From Nitrospira sp. (lineage in GTDB: Bacteria; Nitrospirota; Nitrospiria; Nitrospirales; Nitrospiraceae), in contig AP038806.1 in the NCBI GenBank assembly GCA_047150005.1, forward strand, positions 3,392,001 to 3,456,000: a stretch of DNA of 64,000 nucleotides, in the 5' to 3' direction. Below, one piece after another: positions 41,008 through 50,581 of the stretch; within the stretch, counting starts at the first letter, position 1, and every line of letters begins with the position of its first letter. The position numbers were made by a program, and so were the translations under genes. Under the pieces are notes generated by a model. The model searched no databases and was not told the DNA's origin. It saw only the letters and a program-made list of their open reading frames with translations.

Positions 41008-41450
41008 TGTTTGTCGTCGATACGAACGTCCTGATCTATGCGGCCGATGAGGACTCCTCCCCCCATCTGCAGTGCCGAAGGTTGCTGGATGAGTGGCGCC
41101 AACAGGCGTCGGTTTGGTGCGTGACCTGGGGCATCCTGTACGAATTTCTCAGAGTCGCGACACACCCACGGGTCTTACGAACTCCATGGATTGCCAGCCA
41201 GGCCTGGCGATTTGTCGATGTGCTATTGGCCTCTCCAGGGCTCGAGGTGCTCGTTGAGAGCGAACGTCATGTGGCGATTGCCGATCAGGTGTTGCGCCAG
41301 GTACCTCAGCTAGCAGGTAACCTTCTGCACGATGCGCACACTGCGATCTTGATGCGAGAACATGGGATTCGTCGGATCTACACCAGGGACACCGACTTTC
41401 ACCGCTTCCCGTTTCTTGAAGTGATCGATCCCCTTCAAGCGTCCGCCTAG
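41007..41450 (+). CDS. vapC: VapC PIN toxin
   Basis: VVDTNVLIY, YEFL, HDAH, TRDTDF. Confidence 0.9.
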   Translation: MFVVDTNVLIYAADEDSSPHLQCRRLLDEWRQQASVWCVTWGILYEFLRVATHPRVLRTPWIASQAWRFVDVLLASPGLEVLVESERHVAIADQVLRQVPQLAGNLLHDAHTAILMREHGIRRIYTRDTDFHRFPFLEVIDPLQASA

Positions 41451-41614
41451 AATCGAGGGGGAGAGGCGCGCCATCTCAGAAGCGGCGTTGTCAACTTCCC
41501 GCCATCGCAGATTCTCAGAAGACGAGTCTTCGGGTGCGTCGCAAGGGCACGATCGCTTGACTTCGAGCGTATGACGATTATGTGATCGATCATAATATCG
41601 TAAGGAGACCGGTC

Positions 41615-41824
41615 ATGGCATCGACAACGATTTCACCGAAGTTTCAGATTGTGATTCCGAAAGCCGTCAGAGAAAAACTCGGCCTCACCCCGAGTCGGCG
41701 CTTACAGGTCGTGGAGAAGGGAGGTGTCATTACACTCGTGCCCGAAGCGTCTCTGAAATCCCTCAAGGGTGTGCTCAAAGGCATGACCAGGACGGAGATT
41801 CGGGAAAAGAAGGATCGTCTGTGA
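41615..41824 (+). CDS. AbrB/MazE-type antitoxin
   Basis: TISPKFQIVIPKAVREKLGL. Confidence 0.88.
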   Translation: MASTTISPKFQIVIPKAVREKLGLTPSRRLQVVEKGGVITLVPEASLKSLKGVLKGMTRTEIREKKDRL

Positions 41825-42192
41825 AGGTCGTGCTGGATTCCAGCGGCTGGATTGAATTCTTTACCGGAGGACCGCTGGCCGAGCGGTACGCGGCCTATCT
41901 CAGCTCTCGCTATCAGCTCATCACACCGACCGTCGTTCTGTATGAAGTGTACAAGAAGATCAAGAGAGAACGGGGAGAAGAAACCGCCTTATTGCTGGCC
42001 GGACGGCTCAATACGACTGAGGTGATCCCCTTGACCGACTCCATTGCTTTCCTGGCCGCTGACTTGAGCCTGCGCCATGGTTTGGCCATGACCGATGCCA
42101 TCGTCTATGCCACGGCCAAAGACCAGCAGGCCGAGGTGATCACCAGCGATGCCGATCTCAAGGATCTTCCCGGGGTGTCCTACTTCCGTTAG
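41821..42192 (+). CDS. vapC: VapC PIN toxin
   Basis: VLDSSGWIE, LYEV, TDAIVYATA, TSDAD. Confidence 0.9.
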   Translation: MKVVLDSSGWIEFFTGGPLAERYAAYLSSRYQLITPTVVLYEVYKKIKRERGEETALLLAGRLNTTEVIPLTDSIAFLAADLSLRHGLAMTDAIVYATAKDQQAEVITSDADLKDLPGVSYFR

Positions 42193-42385
42193 CAGGCTGT
42201 TGACAAAGCCCGCCAGCGGCGTTCTCGCATCGCTCAGAGGCTTAACGTACGGCAAAGAGTACGCGCTTCGCCTCTTCACTCGCTGCGGCCTTTCTGAACA
42301 GCCTGCACCGTATGCTGGTGGCGTCCGTGGCCTCAGGCACGACCCCAGTTCCGAAGTCATCCCGTAGTTTGTCAACACGCTGTTA
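42190..42385. mobile_element. MITE-like element
   Basis: Terminal IRs TAGCAGGCTGTTGACAAA / TTTGTCAACACGCTGTTA; internal end-like AACAGCCTGC at ~42306. Confidence 0.6.
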
Positions 42386-42405
42386 GCTGTTCCGGTCTTC
42401 CGCTA

Positions 42406-42500
42406 TTACGACCCGCAGCCACCCAGCCGGTCGAGGGGACTGGGTGCACAAACCCCTAATCCAGCTCCGAAGAAGGGGAGATCGTCGGCGCATCGACGCA
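42406..42500 (-). pseudogene. Degenerate orphan tpsA 3' end
   Basis: PSPLDRLGGCGS* resembles ASPLDWLADCES* of 50582 gene; DNA match to ~50590-50612. Confidence 0.55.
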
Positions 42501-42567
42501 CAAGTGCGTGGTCTGTGTACGCTCTCAAAATTCGTGTATGTTTCCTGATGACGGGGAGCTTTGGATC

Positions 42568-42954
42568 TTACCAGAGGGTTCTGATGGGATATTGCGTGAG
42601 GAGGGGATCCGGTGTCAGGAGCACGCAGTCGTGCTCGATCGCCTGGCAAACCAACATCCGGTCGAACGGGTCTCGATGCAAGGTGGGAAGTTTGTGGAGG
42701 TGGAGGGCCGCCCCCTCATGAAGCGGCAAAGGCGTGATTTGATGATGCTCACGTTGCTCGGCGACAAATCGATTAATCATGCCAGGAACAGGTAGCCTCC
42801 CCAGCGAATGTTTTATCGAAAGTTCCCACACCGACACCGCGCTGAGGAAGATCTCATTCACCGGATTGGCGAAGGTCTCCCGGACTGCTCCGGAAAGTTC
42901 CTTGGCATCCGCGATGATCCACAAGAACGTGCAGGTATCGAGGAGGCACTTCAC
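42568..42954 (-). CDS. vapC: VapC PIN toxin
   Basis: LLDTCTFLW, SAVSVWE, HRDPFDRML. Confidence 0.92.
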   Translation of the reverse strand: MKCLLDTCTFLWIIADAKELSGAVRETFANPVNEIFLSAVSVWELSIKHSLGRLPVPGMINRFVAEQREHHQITPLPLHEGAALHLHKLPTLHRDPFDRMLVCQAIEHDCVLLTPDPLLTQYPIRTLW

Positions 42955-43196
42955 GCTGACGGACCGTCAAATGCGCTGAGGAGATCGTCCGGGAGGGGAT
43001 CAAAGAATGTTGGTGGGACGGCAAATCGTCCCTTGCACAATCCAATAGGGCGCGGACGGACCGGCGACTGAGGCAACGGGGTGATTTCCGCCACAGGCTG
43101 ATTGCGTCGGCAGATCAGAATGCGCTCTCCTGCCTTCAGCTTAGCCAAGTACTTGGAAAGATGCGTTTTTGCCTCGTGGATATTCAGCTTTATCAT
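42951..43196 (-). CDS. Phd/YefM antitoxin
   Basis: LNIHEAKTHLS...GE.ILI.R...PVA. Confidence 0.9.
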   Translation of the reverse strand: MIKLNIHEAKTHLSKYLAKLKAGERILICRRNQPVAEITPLPQSPVRPRPIGLCKGRFAVPPTFFDPLPDDLLSAFDGPSA

Positions 43197-43279
43197 GGAC
43201 ACAAAGTAAACTAGATAGTTGACTAAGTCAAGAGGCTGAATTGTCTCCCTTCCGACCGGTGACTGTCCCCGCTGGAGGG

Positions 43280-46255
43280 CTAAGAGCCACACTCAGTGAG
43301 CCAATCCTCTCCGGCCAATTGCATTGCCACTCGCCACTGAGAGGGGAGCCGGCGCAGCGAAATGAACGCCGTATCGTTGGAATCAGCTGAGAGTCCCGGT
43401 GCAAGAGCCTGGATCGATGGTCCACCTCCAGCGGGCGTGGACGCGAGCGGGCTGGTCAGCCAGCCGCCTGGGTCGGTCGGCAGGGTGTCGCGTCCGGCCA
43501 CGATAAAGCTGCTGACTTCGCCACGGGCGATCGCGGTGCACCGTTGGCTGAGCAAGGCTGTCACTTGAAGAGGAGCCTTGCCGAGCGGCTGGATTTTGCC
43601 GCCGGCTGTGGCGATCGGCGCTTGGATCGTAACCGCTCCGTTCTGACCGAACTGGGACGAGGCGCTCACGACGCTGCTGGCATCCGGGAGAAATAACCCG
43701 CCGTTCGTGATCGCAATGTTGATGTTGCCGCCCGGCCCCTGCACCGCCTGTGCGAGGATCTGACTGTTTTGCAAAACCACGAATTGCGGATCGATATTGA
43801 CGCTCCCGCCCCCGCCAGCGCCATCCAGGACCGACGCGCTGATCGTGCTGTTGGAAAGCTCCACCATTCCGTTCGGGCTGGTTGTGATTTTGATAGTGCC
43901 GCCACTCGATTGGTTGGCCTGTGTCGTCACCGAGCTGTTCGTCATCGCGAACTGGTTGCCAGAGTTGATCGAGATGTTGCCTGCGTTGCCCGAGCCGGTA
44001 CTGCTCGCGGAGATGGACGATCCACTGTTTAGAGTGACTGACTGCCCAGTGGTAATGGAGATGTTGCCCCCGGGACCACTGGCAGAACCGGTGCTGCTGA
44101 TTCCTGACGCGTCATCCGCCAAGAAGGTGTTGGCGGCAAGTAAGATGTTTCCGGCTGGCGCGCCTCCCTGCGTATCAGTCTTAATTTTGCTATGAGTCAG
44201 GTGAATGGTGTCTGCCGTCACCGTGAGTATGGCAGGAGTGGTCTGTGAGGTACCGCTGAATACCCCCATATTAAGCTCGATATTCTGAAGTGCAACCAGC
44301 TTGGCTGCATCGGTCGTTTGGGGACCAACGCCAGATATTGTGACGTTACCTGCCTGCCCCGACACAAGGCTCACGCTACCAATCAAGGCCCCGCTCCCGC
44401 CAGTGATGAGCGCCCCGTGCGTGGCATTGCCACGGAGTGTATTCACGTTGAGTGTAATATTACCTGCCGGCGCGCCCCCGTCACCGAATGAAGCCGTAAA
44501 GATTTGTGTGCCAGTATCGAGGCTCAGCGTATCCGTCGTGATGGTGATATTCCCCGGTGCTGTTCGGGGGTTGCCACCATCCACCCCTGTAGTGATGAAT
44601 GTGTTGTTGACGGCCACGAGCTGTGCGGCATCAGTAGACTCGGGGCGAATCCCGGAAATCGTGATGGTTCCAGTCGGCCCCGCCGTGATGCCGGGATCAT
44701 TATTTGAAATGACAAAGACTGTTTTGGCCCCTGCAATCGGCGTTTCGTCGGAAGTCACATTGCTGCGCAGCGTGTTCACGTTGAATGCCACATGCCCTCC
44801 GGGTGCAGAGCCGAGGGTATTCGCTACTATGGTTGCGGCACGTCCACCAGCCGGCAATCCCTCATTGACCAGCACCAGAGAATCGGCGGTAATGGTGATC
44901 GATGAGGGAGTCGTTTGCGGCGTCCCACCGAATACCCGGCTGCTGATCGTGGAATCTTTCAAGAGGACGCTTGTCGCCGCGGTTCCAGGTCCCCCGACGC
45001 CTTGGATGGTGATCGCCCCTGCAGGCCCGGCTCCCGCATCCGTGCTCCTACTGTCGCTGGCAATAAAGTTGCCGGCGAAATTAAAGTTGTTGGTTGGATT
45101 TAGTGGAAGGCGATTGAGGCCGGCTTGGGTGGTCAGCACGTCGACATTCAGCACGATGTCGCCACCCGCCGCTGTCCCGTAGCTGTCCGCTGTGATGAGT
45201 GCGCCGTTGCTGAATGCGGCGGTCTCTGCTGTGATGGATATCTTCGGAGAGCTGTTTGGTGAGGCAATCTCGCCACCCGGTCCGTTCATGCTAATCGCCT
45301 TGATGGAGGCGTCATTCATGATGAACTGGCCACCACGAATTACGATGCGTCCGGCTGTGTCAGCGCTCGTCTCAAGACTTGTTCCTTGTAAGAGACTGAT
45401 GTGTCCCAGCGCAGTAAAAGTTTGCCCATTGATGTTCTGAGCCGATTCCAAATTGGGAAAGAGGACTTCACCTGGCGAAGCCACACTGGCAAGACTAATC
45501 TGCCCTGCTGGCGCCGTGAGATTGGCAGCCTGGACGGTCCCCTGGACAGTCCCATTGTCCAACGTTCCATTCTGAATATTGATGTTCCCACCGATGAGTG
45601 AAATACCCATTCCTTCCGTGACCGATAGGTGGCTCCCTTGAACGGCGATGGCTCCCGGATTCGAGCCCAAGAACCCGAACGCCGCAACCGGCGCCGTGCT
45701 GAGCAACGCATCCGCGCTTACATGCGGGATTGCGTTGAATCGTGCACCATCAGCAAGCCGCAGATAATCAGCCGTTGTAAACGTCGCCATCCCGCCCACA
45801 TTCAAAGTAGCAGTCGGACCGAAGATCACGCCGGCGGGGTTCATCAGAAATAGGTTCGCATTGCCGAAGCCCCCGACGCCGTTCGTCTGAATCACTCCGA
45901 AAATGCTGGAGGGATTTCCCCCGGTGACGCGGGCCAGAATGTTGCTTGTCGGAAGACCAGAACCAAGCAGATTGCCGGCAAGGTCAACGGAGCCTGAGTT
46001 CACAAAGTTCGCGATGTTGTTTGCTGGCACATTGAAGTTGCTGAAACTGTGGAAGAGATTCATTCCACCATCCGGCCTTGATCCGCCGGTGATGTTGTAT
46101 TGCGTCGAGGTTCCAATTTGGACGGGATTGCTGACGATGGTGTGGAGATTGCCCGCGCCGGTGGTAGGCGTGATGGGTGCAGGCGTTTGGGCATGGACCA
46201 GTGGCGATTGCACCGCCCACCCGATCAACAGCCCGACGATCAAGATCCAGTTCAC
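43280..46255 (-). CDS. TpsA exoprotein B (991 aa)
   Basis: Signal peptide, TPS domain, conserved C-terminal domain. Confidence 0.92.
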   Translation of the reverse strand: MNWILIVGLLIGWAVQSPLVHAQTPAPITPTTGAGNLHTIVSNPVQIGTSTQYNITGGSRPDGGMNLFHSFSNFNVPANNIANFVNSGSVDLAGNLLGSGLPTSNILARVTGGNPSSIFGVIQTNGVGGFGNANLFLMNPAGVIFGPTATLNVGGMATFTTADYLRLADGARFNAIPHVSADALLSTAPVAAFGFLGSNPGAIAVQGSHLSVTEGMGISLIGGNINIQNGTLDNGTVQGTVQAANLTAPAGQISLASVASPGEVLFPNLESAQNINGQTFTALGHISLLQGTSLETSADTAGRIVIRGGQFIMNDASIKAISMNGPGGEIASPNSSPKISITAETAAFSNGALITADSYGTAAGGDIVLNVDVLTTQAGLNRLPLNPTNNFNFAGNFIASDSRSTDAGAGPAGAITIQGVGGPGTAATSVLLKDSTISSRVFGGTPQTTPSSITITADSLVLVNEGLPAGGRAATIVANTLGSAPGGHVAFNVNTLRSNVTSDETPIAGAKTVFVISNNDPGITAGPTGTITISGIRPESTDAAQLVAVNNTFITTGVDGGNPRTAPGNITITTDTLSLDTGTQIFTASFGDGGAPAGNITLNVNTLRGNATHGALITGGSGALIGSVSLVSGQAGNVTISGVGPQTTDAAKLVALQNIELNMGVFSGTSQTTPAILTVTADTIHLTHSKIKTDTQGGAPAGNILLAANTFLADDASGISSTGSASGPGGNISITTGQSVTLNSGSSISASSTGSGNAGNISINSGNQFAMTNSSVTTQANQSSGGTIKITTSPNGMVELSNSTISASVLDGAGGGGSVNIDPQFVVLQNSQILAQAVQGPGGNINIAITNGGLFLPDASSVVSASSQFGQNGAVTIQAPIATAGGKIQPLGKAPLQVTALLSQRCTAIARGEVSSFIVAGRDTLPTDPGGWLTSPLASTPAGGGPSIQALAPGLSADSNDTAFISLRRLPSQWRVAMQLAGEDWLTECGS

Positions 46256-46421
46256 CGTTCATCCCTTCTCGGGGTGGTGAACAAATCCTCTGATTAGTCG
46301 TCGTTCAATAAGAAGGCCTCTGCCGTCGATATGGTATCACGAACCCGGTGAGGGCGGGAATGGTTCCTGACACTATCTTGTTCTGTTCTGACACCCTCGC
46401 TCTCTTACCTCACTCGCACCT

Positions 46422-49400
46422 CTACGAAGTTTCGCAGCCCGAAATCCAATCTGCTTCTGAAAGCAGCTGCGCCACCTTACTTGGGGAGGGGAGCCGGCGC
46501 AGGGACACGAACAGCGATCCGTCGGAGTGAGTCGCGATTGCGGGCACACCGGCTTTCACCGAGATTCCTCCTTCGGCGGGGATGGAAGCCAAGGGACTCG
46601 TGAGCCACCCGCCTGGTTCGATGGGCAAGGTATCCCGGCCCGCCACGACGAAGCTGCTGACTTCGCCTCGCGCGATGGCCGCGCAGCGTTGGCTGAGCAG
46701 GGCAGTGACTTGAAGGGGCGCCTTCCCGAGTGGCTGGATCTTACCGCCGGCCGGCGCATTGGGGGACTGAATGATGACGTTGCCGCTTTGGCCGAACTCA
46801 GAGGAGGCGCTCACACGACTGGTGGAATCCGGCAGAAACAACCCGCCGTTGGTGATGGTGATGCCAATGTTTCCTCCGGGCCCCTGTTTGGCCTCAGCGA
46901 GAATCTGACTGTTCTGCAGGATGACGAACTGCGGATCGATGTTCACGCTCCCGCCGCCGCCCGTCCCATCCAGCACTGACGCGCTAATCTTGCTGTTGGT
47001 AAGCTCGACCCTACCGCTGGGGTTCGTCGTGATCTTAATAATCCCGCCACCTGACTGATTCGCTTCCGTCGTCACCGAGCTATTGGACATGGCAAACTGG
47101 TCACCGGCGCTGATATTGACGTTGCCGGCTGTGCCGGTCCCAGTGCTGCTGCTCGAGATTTGACTGTTGTCTTGGAGCGTAACAGTCTGCGCGGACACAT
47201 CGATGTTGCCGGCAGACCCGGTGGGAACCAGTCCTTCTGCTCCGGCGACACTTCCGGTTGTAAGACGGCCCCCACTGCTAATCGACAGGGCGTCCACATT
47301 TAGGACAATCGCCCCTCCTGCCCCGTTTGTTTCTGTAGTGGCGGTGATCGTACCTCCCTCAGTGATCGCAAGGCTTGGGGTAGAAACGGAGATTGATCCA
47401 GCGTTGCCGTATTGAAAAGCCGGATCCACCCCGGCGGTGCTTCGGCTGCTTACCTCGCTGTTCGAAGCAATAACCACTTGGCTTGGAGTATCAATGCTGA
47501 TGTTGCCGGCATGTCCACGGCTGAATCGAGTCTCAGCGCTAATCTTGCTGTTGGTGAGTGACAACTGGTCGGCGGCAAGATCGATATTACCGGCAGCTCC
47601 TTCCCCTGGCAGCAAAGGATCGACATTTGTTGTTTCTGTCAGGATCTGGCTGTCGCTGGCCAGAGTGATCGTCTGAGCCTTGGTTCGTGGACCCTGAAGG
47701 CCGAGGACGCTAACAGTCCCTCCTTGGCCTTGACCAGCCACGGAAGAAGTGATTTCACTGAAGTTCATTGTCAGGCTGTTGGTCTGAAGAGTAATGGCGC
47801 CGGCATTGCCATGGCCGATAGCGGACGTGGCAATCGCGCTTGAAGACCTCAGATCAATAACCGGGGAACTGATGAACACTTGTCCGCTATTGCCGGCCGC
47901 TGGAGATTCGGAGAATGAGCCGCTCAGAATTGCGGAATTGCTCAAGCTTACGTGGTCGGTCGCGGTAATGTGCACGCTTCCCGCATTTCCTGAGCCCGCG
48001 AAGGCGCTGCTTCCTATGGACCCAAACCCAGTGAGCGCCACAGAACCCGCTTGAACCTCGATCCCACCGGCATTCCCTTCTCCGAAGGTGTCGGCAGATA
48101 TCATGGAGCCGTCAATGGCCAACGAGCCGCTCACAATGCTGATTTTTCCGGCATCTCCATCTCCCAGGGTCTGGGCAGTGATTGTCGCCCCGCTGCTAAG
48201 AGTGAGGCTCTGCGCCGGGCTCGCGAGCCCCTGGATCGTGACGTTGCCGGCGTTACCGGGACCGGTGGTGCTGGCTGAAACCTGAGCGCCATCAGAGATG
48301 GTGACGGACTGCCCGGCGTTGAGGGTAATGTTGCCGCCGGAACCAGAGTCGGGATCCGTCCCGATCGACCGGCTGAAGATGCCGACTGGGGTACCGTCGC
48401 TCAGAGTTCCGGACAAGGCGATCGTCTCAGTTGCTGAAACCGAAATATTCCCTCCCTGTCCACTGCTGCTCGTGCCGCTGTCGATCTGAGATCCGTTTGC
48501 CATCGCCAGGGATCCGGTATTAATCGAAATGTTTCCTGCGTTGCCACAGGAGCCTGAGCAGAACTCGCTCCCAACTGTCTGTGTAAGAATTCCACTAGGG
48601 TGGATATTCCCGATGAATCCCGGTCCCCCAACATCTGGGTTGGGAAATTCGCCTGAAATTTCAATCACGCCGGCATTTACTGTGACATTGCCACCACCGC
48701 CACTGGTGCTTGTACTCGTGCTAATCCGACCTTCATGCATTACCAATCGTGGCGTCGTAACAAACACGTTTCCTGACGCTCCTTCCGTACCGACGAATCC
48801 CAGTGAGTTGGTGAAGAGTCCAGCAGGGCCACCTTGAATATTCGAGCCGCTATTCCCGATGAGACTGAAATGGTCCGTCGCAGTCACATGAATGTCGCCA
48901 GCATTGGCTCCCGCGCCTCCGGAGGTATTAGTCAGAAAGGAGCTACCATTGGTCAACTCGATAACGCGCCCGTCGAAGCTAATCCCTCCTCCGGGACCGA
49001 AAGCCGTGAAGGTACTGAACACAGTGTTGGTCGCGAGCAACGAATCTCCGCTAATCGTGATCCCGCCTCTGCCGCCAAACGAGTCCGTCGCCACTTGAGT
49101 ATCGAGCATGGTGATATCACGCACGTTCAATCGTATGTTACCCCCATAATGAGAGGCGCTTGGAGTAACTGATGCACTGCTAATGAGGATTGCACCATCA
49201 GTATGCAGGCTATCCCCTGTGAGAGTCAGGTTACCGGACGGACCGCTGGGCTCGAAACCGAGGAGTTCAGCAAGCTGGGTTCCCGTGCTAAGTGTTGTGC
49301 CCGATAGGTCAATCCCATGAGCGACAATCTCCGTATCACCGCCCGGGCCACCCGCTTGCTGGCCACTATCGGAGAAATGCCATGTCGGAAAGGGGCCAAC

Positions 49401-50555
49401 CGTATTCTGGACTGTGAGATTACCAGTGGTGATGTTGATGTTTCCTGCCCTACCATCACCGGACGAATGTGTATCGATCATCGCGAACGGCGCAAAATCC
49501 GGATCACTCGATGTTGCAGTAAGATTGGCAGAAACTATGCGTACTTCGCCGGCATTGCCGGTCCCGTTACTTATGGCAGTGATCGCAGGGAGGGCCCGTG
49601 AGTCGGAGATTGTTACGTCGCCCGCGACATTGATATCAACAGCGGTGGAAGCTCCATTGGCATTGACCGTGTCGGCCGATAGTGTCGCGTCTGCAATCAC
49701 AAGCTGCCCGGCACGGATCCTGATGGTTCCACCGGAATTGGCAGAAACGTCCAACAAAGAGTCCTCGGAGAGATTGATGTTCCCTAACGTCATGCCGGCA
49801 ATCGAAGAAAAAGTCACCGCGGATACTTCACCAGGTCCAGCAGCACTAACCAGATTAATTTGGCCGCCTGGCGCCGAAAGGCGAGCCGATTGAACCGACC
49901 CGTCTTCGAGCTTGCCGGATTGAATTGTGATGTTTACGCCCACCAGGGAAATGCCCGTCCCGTCGGCCACCGTCAATTGGGTTCCTTGAACCGTTATGGC
50001 CCCAGGGTTTGAGCCGAGAAAGCCGAAGGCGGCGACAGGTGCTGCCGTCAACAAGTCCGGCACGACCGGCTTCAGTGACGCATTGAACCTCCCGCCGTCA
50101 GCCAAGCGGAGATAATCCGCTGACGCAAACGTCACCATCCCGCCGACGTTGACCGTGGCGCCAGGTCCAAACAGAAATCCGGCTGGATTGATGAGGAAGA
50201 GATTGGCATTCCCATAACCGGAGGTCTGGATCATGCCAAAGATATTCGAAATGTTCCCTCCGGTCACGCGGCCGAGAATGTTGGAAGTAGCTAGGTTGGG
50301 AGTGAGGTTGAGAAAGTTTGCGATGTTGTTAGTCGGAATTCCGAACTCTCCGAAACTATGGAAGAGATTCGGTCCGCCGCCCGGTCTCGTGCCGCCGGTA
50401 ATATTGTAGGTGTTCCCGTTCGGTGTGACGATGGTATTCAGGCCTGAGGAGGTGATGGGACTCGAAGGTGTCTGTGCTGCTGCCGGAGGGACGGACGAGA
50501 CTTGCAGCCACGTCAGGAGACACGCAATAAAAAGACGGGTGATCAACGCGCTCAT
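46422..50555 (-). CDS. TpsA exoprotein C
   Basis: MSALITRL signal peptide, TPS domain, conserved C-terminus. Confidence 0.92.
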   Translation of the reverse strand: MSALITRLFIACLLTWLQVSSVPPAAAQTPSSPITSSGLNTIVTPNGNTYNITGGTRPGGGPNLFHSFGEFGIPTNNIANFLNLTPNLATSNILGRVTGGNISNIFGMIQTSGYGNANLFLINPAGFLFGPGATVNVGGMVTFASADYLRLADGGRFNASLKPVVPDLLTAAPVAAFGFLGSNPGAITVQGTQLTVADGTGISLVGVNITIQSGKLEDGSVQSARLSAPGGQINLVSAAGPGEVSAVTFSSIAGMTLGNINLSEDSLLDVSANSGGTIRIRAGQLVIADATLSADTVNANGASTAVDINVAGDVTISDSRALPAITAISNGTGNAGEVRIVSANLTATSSDPDFAPFAMIDTHSSGDGRAGNINITTGNLTVQNTVGPFPTWHFSDSGQQAGGPGGDTEIVAHGIDLSGTTLSTGTQLAELLGFEPSGPSGNLTLTGDSLHTDGAILISSASVTPSASHYGGNIRLNVRDITMLDTQVATDSFGGRGGITISGDSLLATNTVFSTFTAFGPGGGISFDGRVIELTNGSSFLTNTSGGAGANAGDIHVTATDHFSLIGNSGSNIQGGPAGLFTNSLGFVGTEGASGNVFVTTPRLVMHEGRISTSTSTSGGGGNVTVNAGVIEISGEFPNPDVGGPGFIGNIHPSGILTQTVGSEFCSGSCGNAGNISINTGSLAMANGSQIDSGTSSSGQGGNISVSATETIALSGTLSDGTPVGIFSRSIGTDPDSGSGGNITLNAGQSVTISDGAQVSASTTGPGNAGNVTIQGLASPAQSLTLSSGATITAQTLGDGDAGKISIVSGSLAIDGSMISADTFGEGNAGGIEVQAGSVALTGFGSIGSSAFAGSGNAGSVHITATDHVSLSNSAILSGSFSESPAAGNSGQVFISSPVIDLRSSSAIATSAIGHGNAGAITLQTNSLTMNFSEITSSVAGQGQGGTVSVLGLQGPRTKAQTITLASDSQILTETTNVDPLLPGEGAAGNIDLAADQLSLTNSKISAETRFSRGHAGNISIDTPSQVVIASNSEVSSRSTAGVDPAFQYGNAGSISVSTPSLAITEGGTITATTETNGAGGAIVLNVDALSISSGGRLTTGSVAGAEGLVPTGSAGNIDVSAQTVTLQDNSQISSSSTGTGTAGNVNISAGDQFAMSNSSVTTEANQSGGGIIKITTNPSGRVELTNSKISASVLDGTGGGGSVNIDPQFVILQNSQILAEAKQGPGGNIGITITNGGLFLPDSTSRVSASSEFGQSGNVIIQSPNAPAGGKIQPLGKAPLQVTALLSQRCAAIARGEVSSFVVAGRDTLPIEPGGWLTSPLASIPAEGGISVKAGVPAIATHSDGSLFVSLRRLPSPSKVAQLLSEADWISGCETS

Positions 50556-50581
50556 TTGAACACTCGCCCGGCGTCTTCGGT

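Noticed and set aside
40500..43280. Integron cassette array of TA genes
   Set aside because: No integrase in the window and no convincing attC sites; spacers are tpsA tails and a MITE
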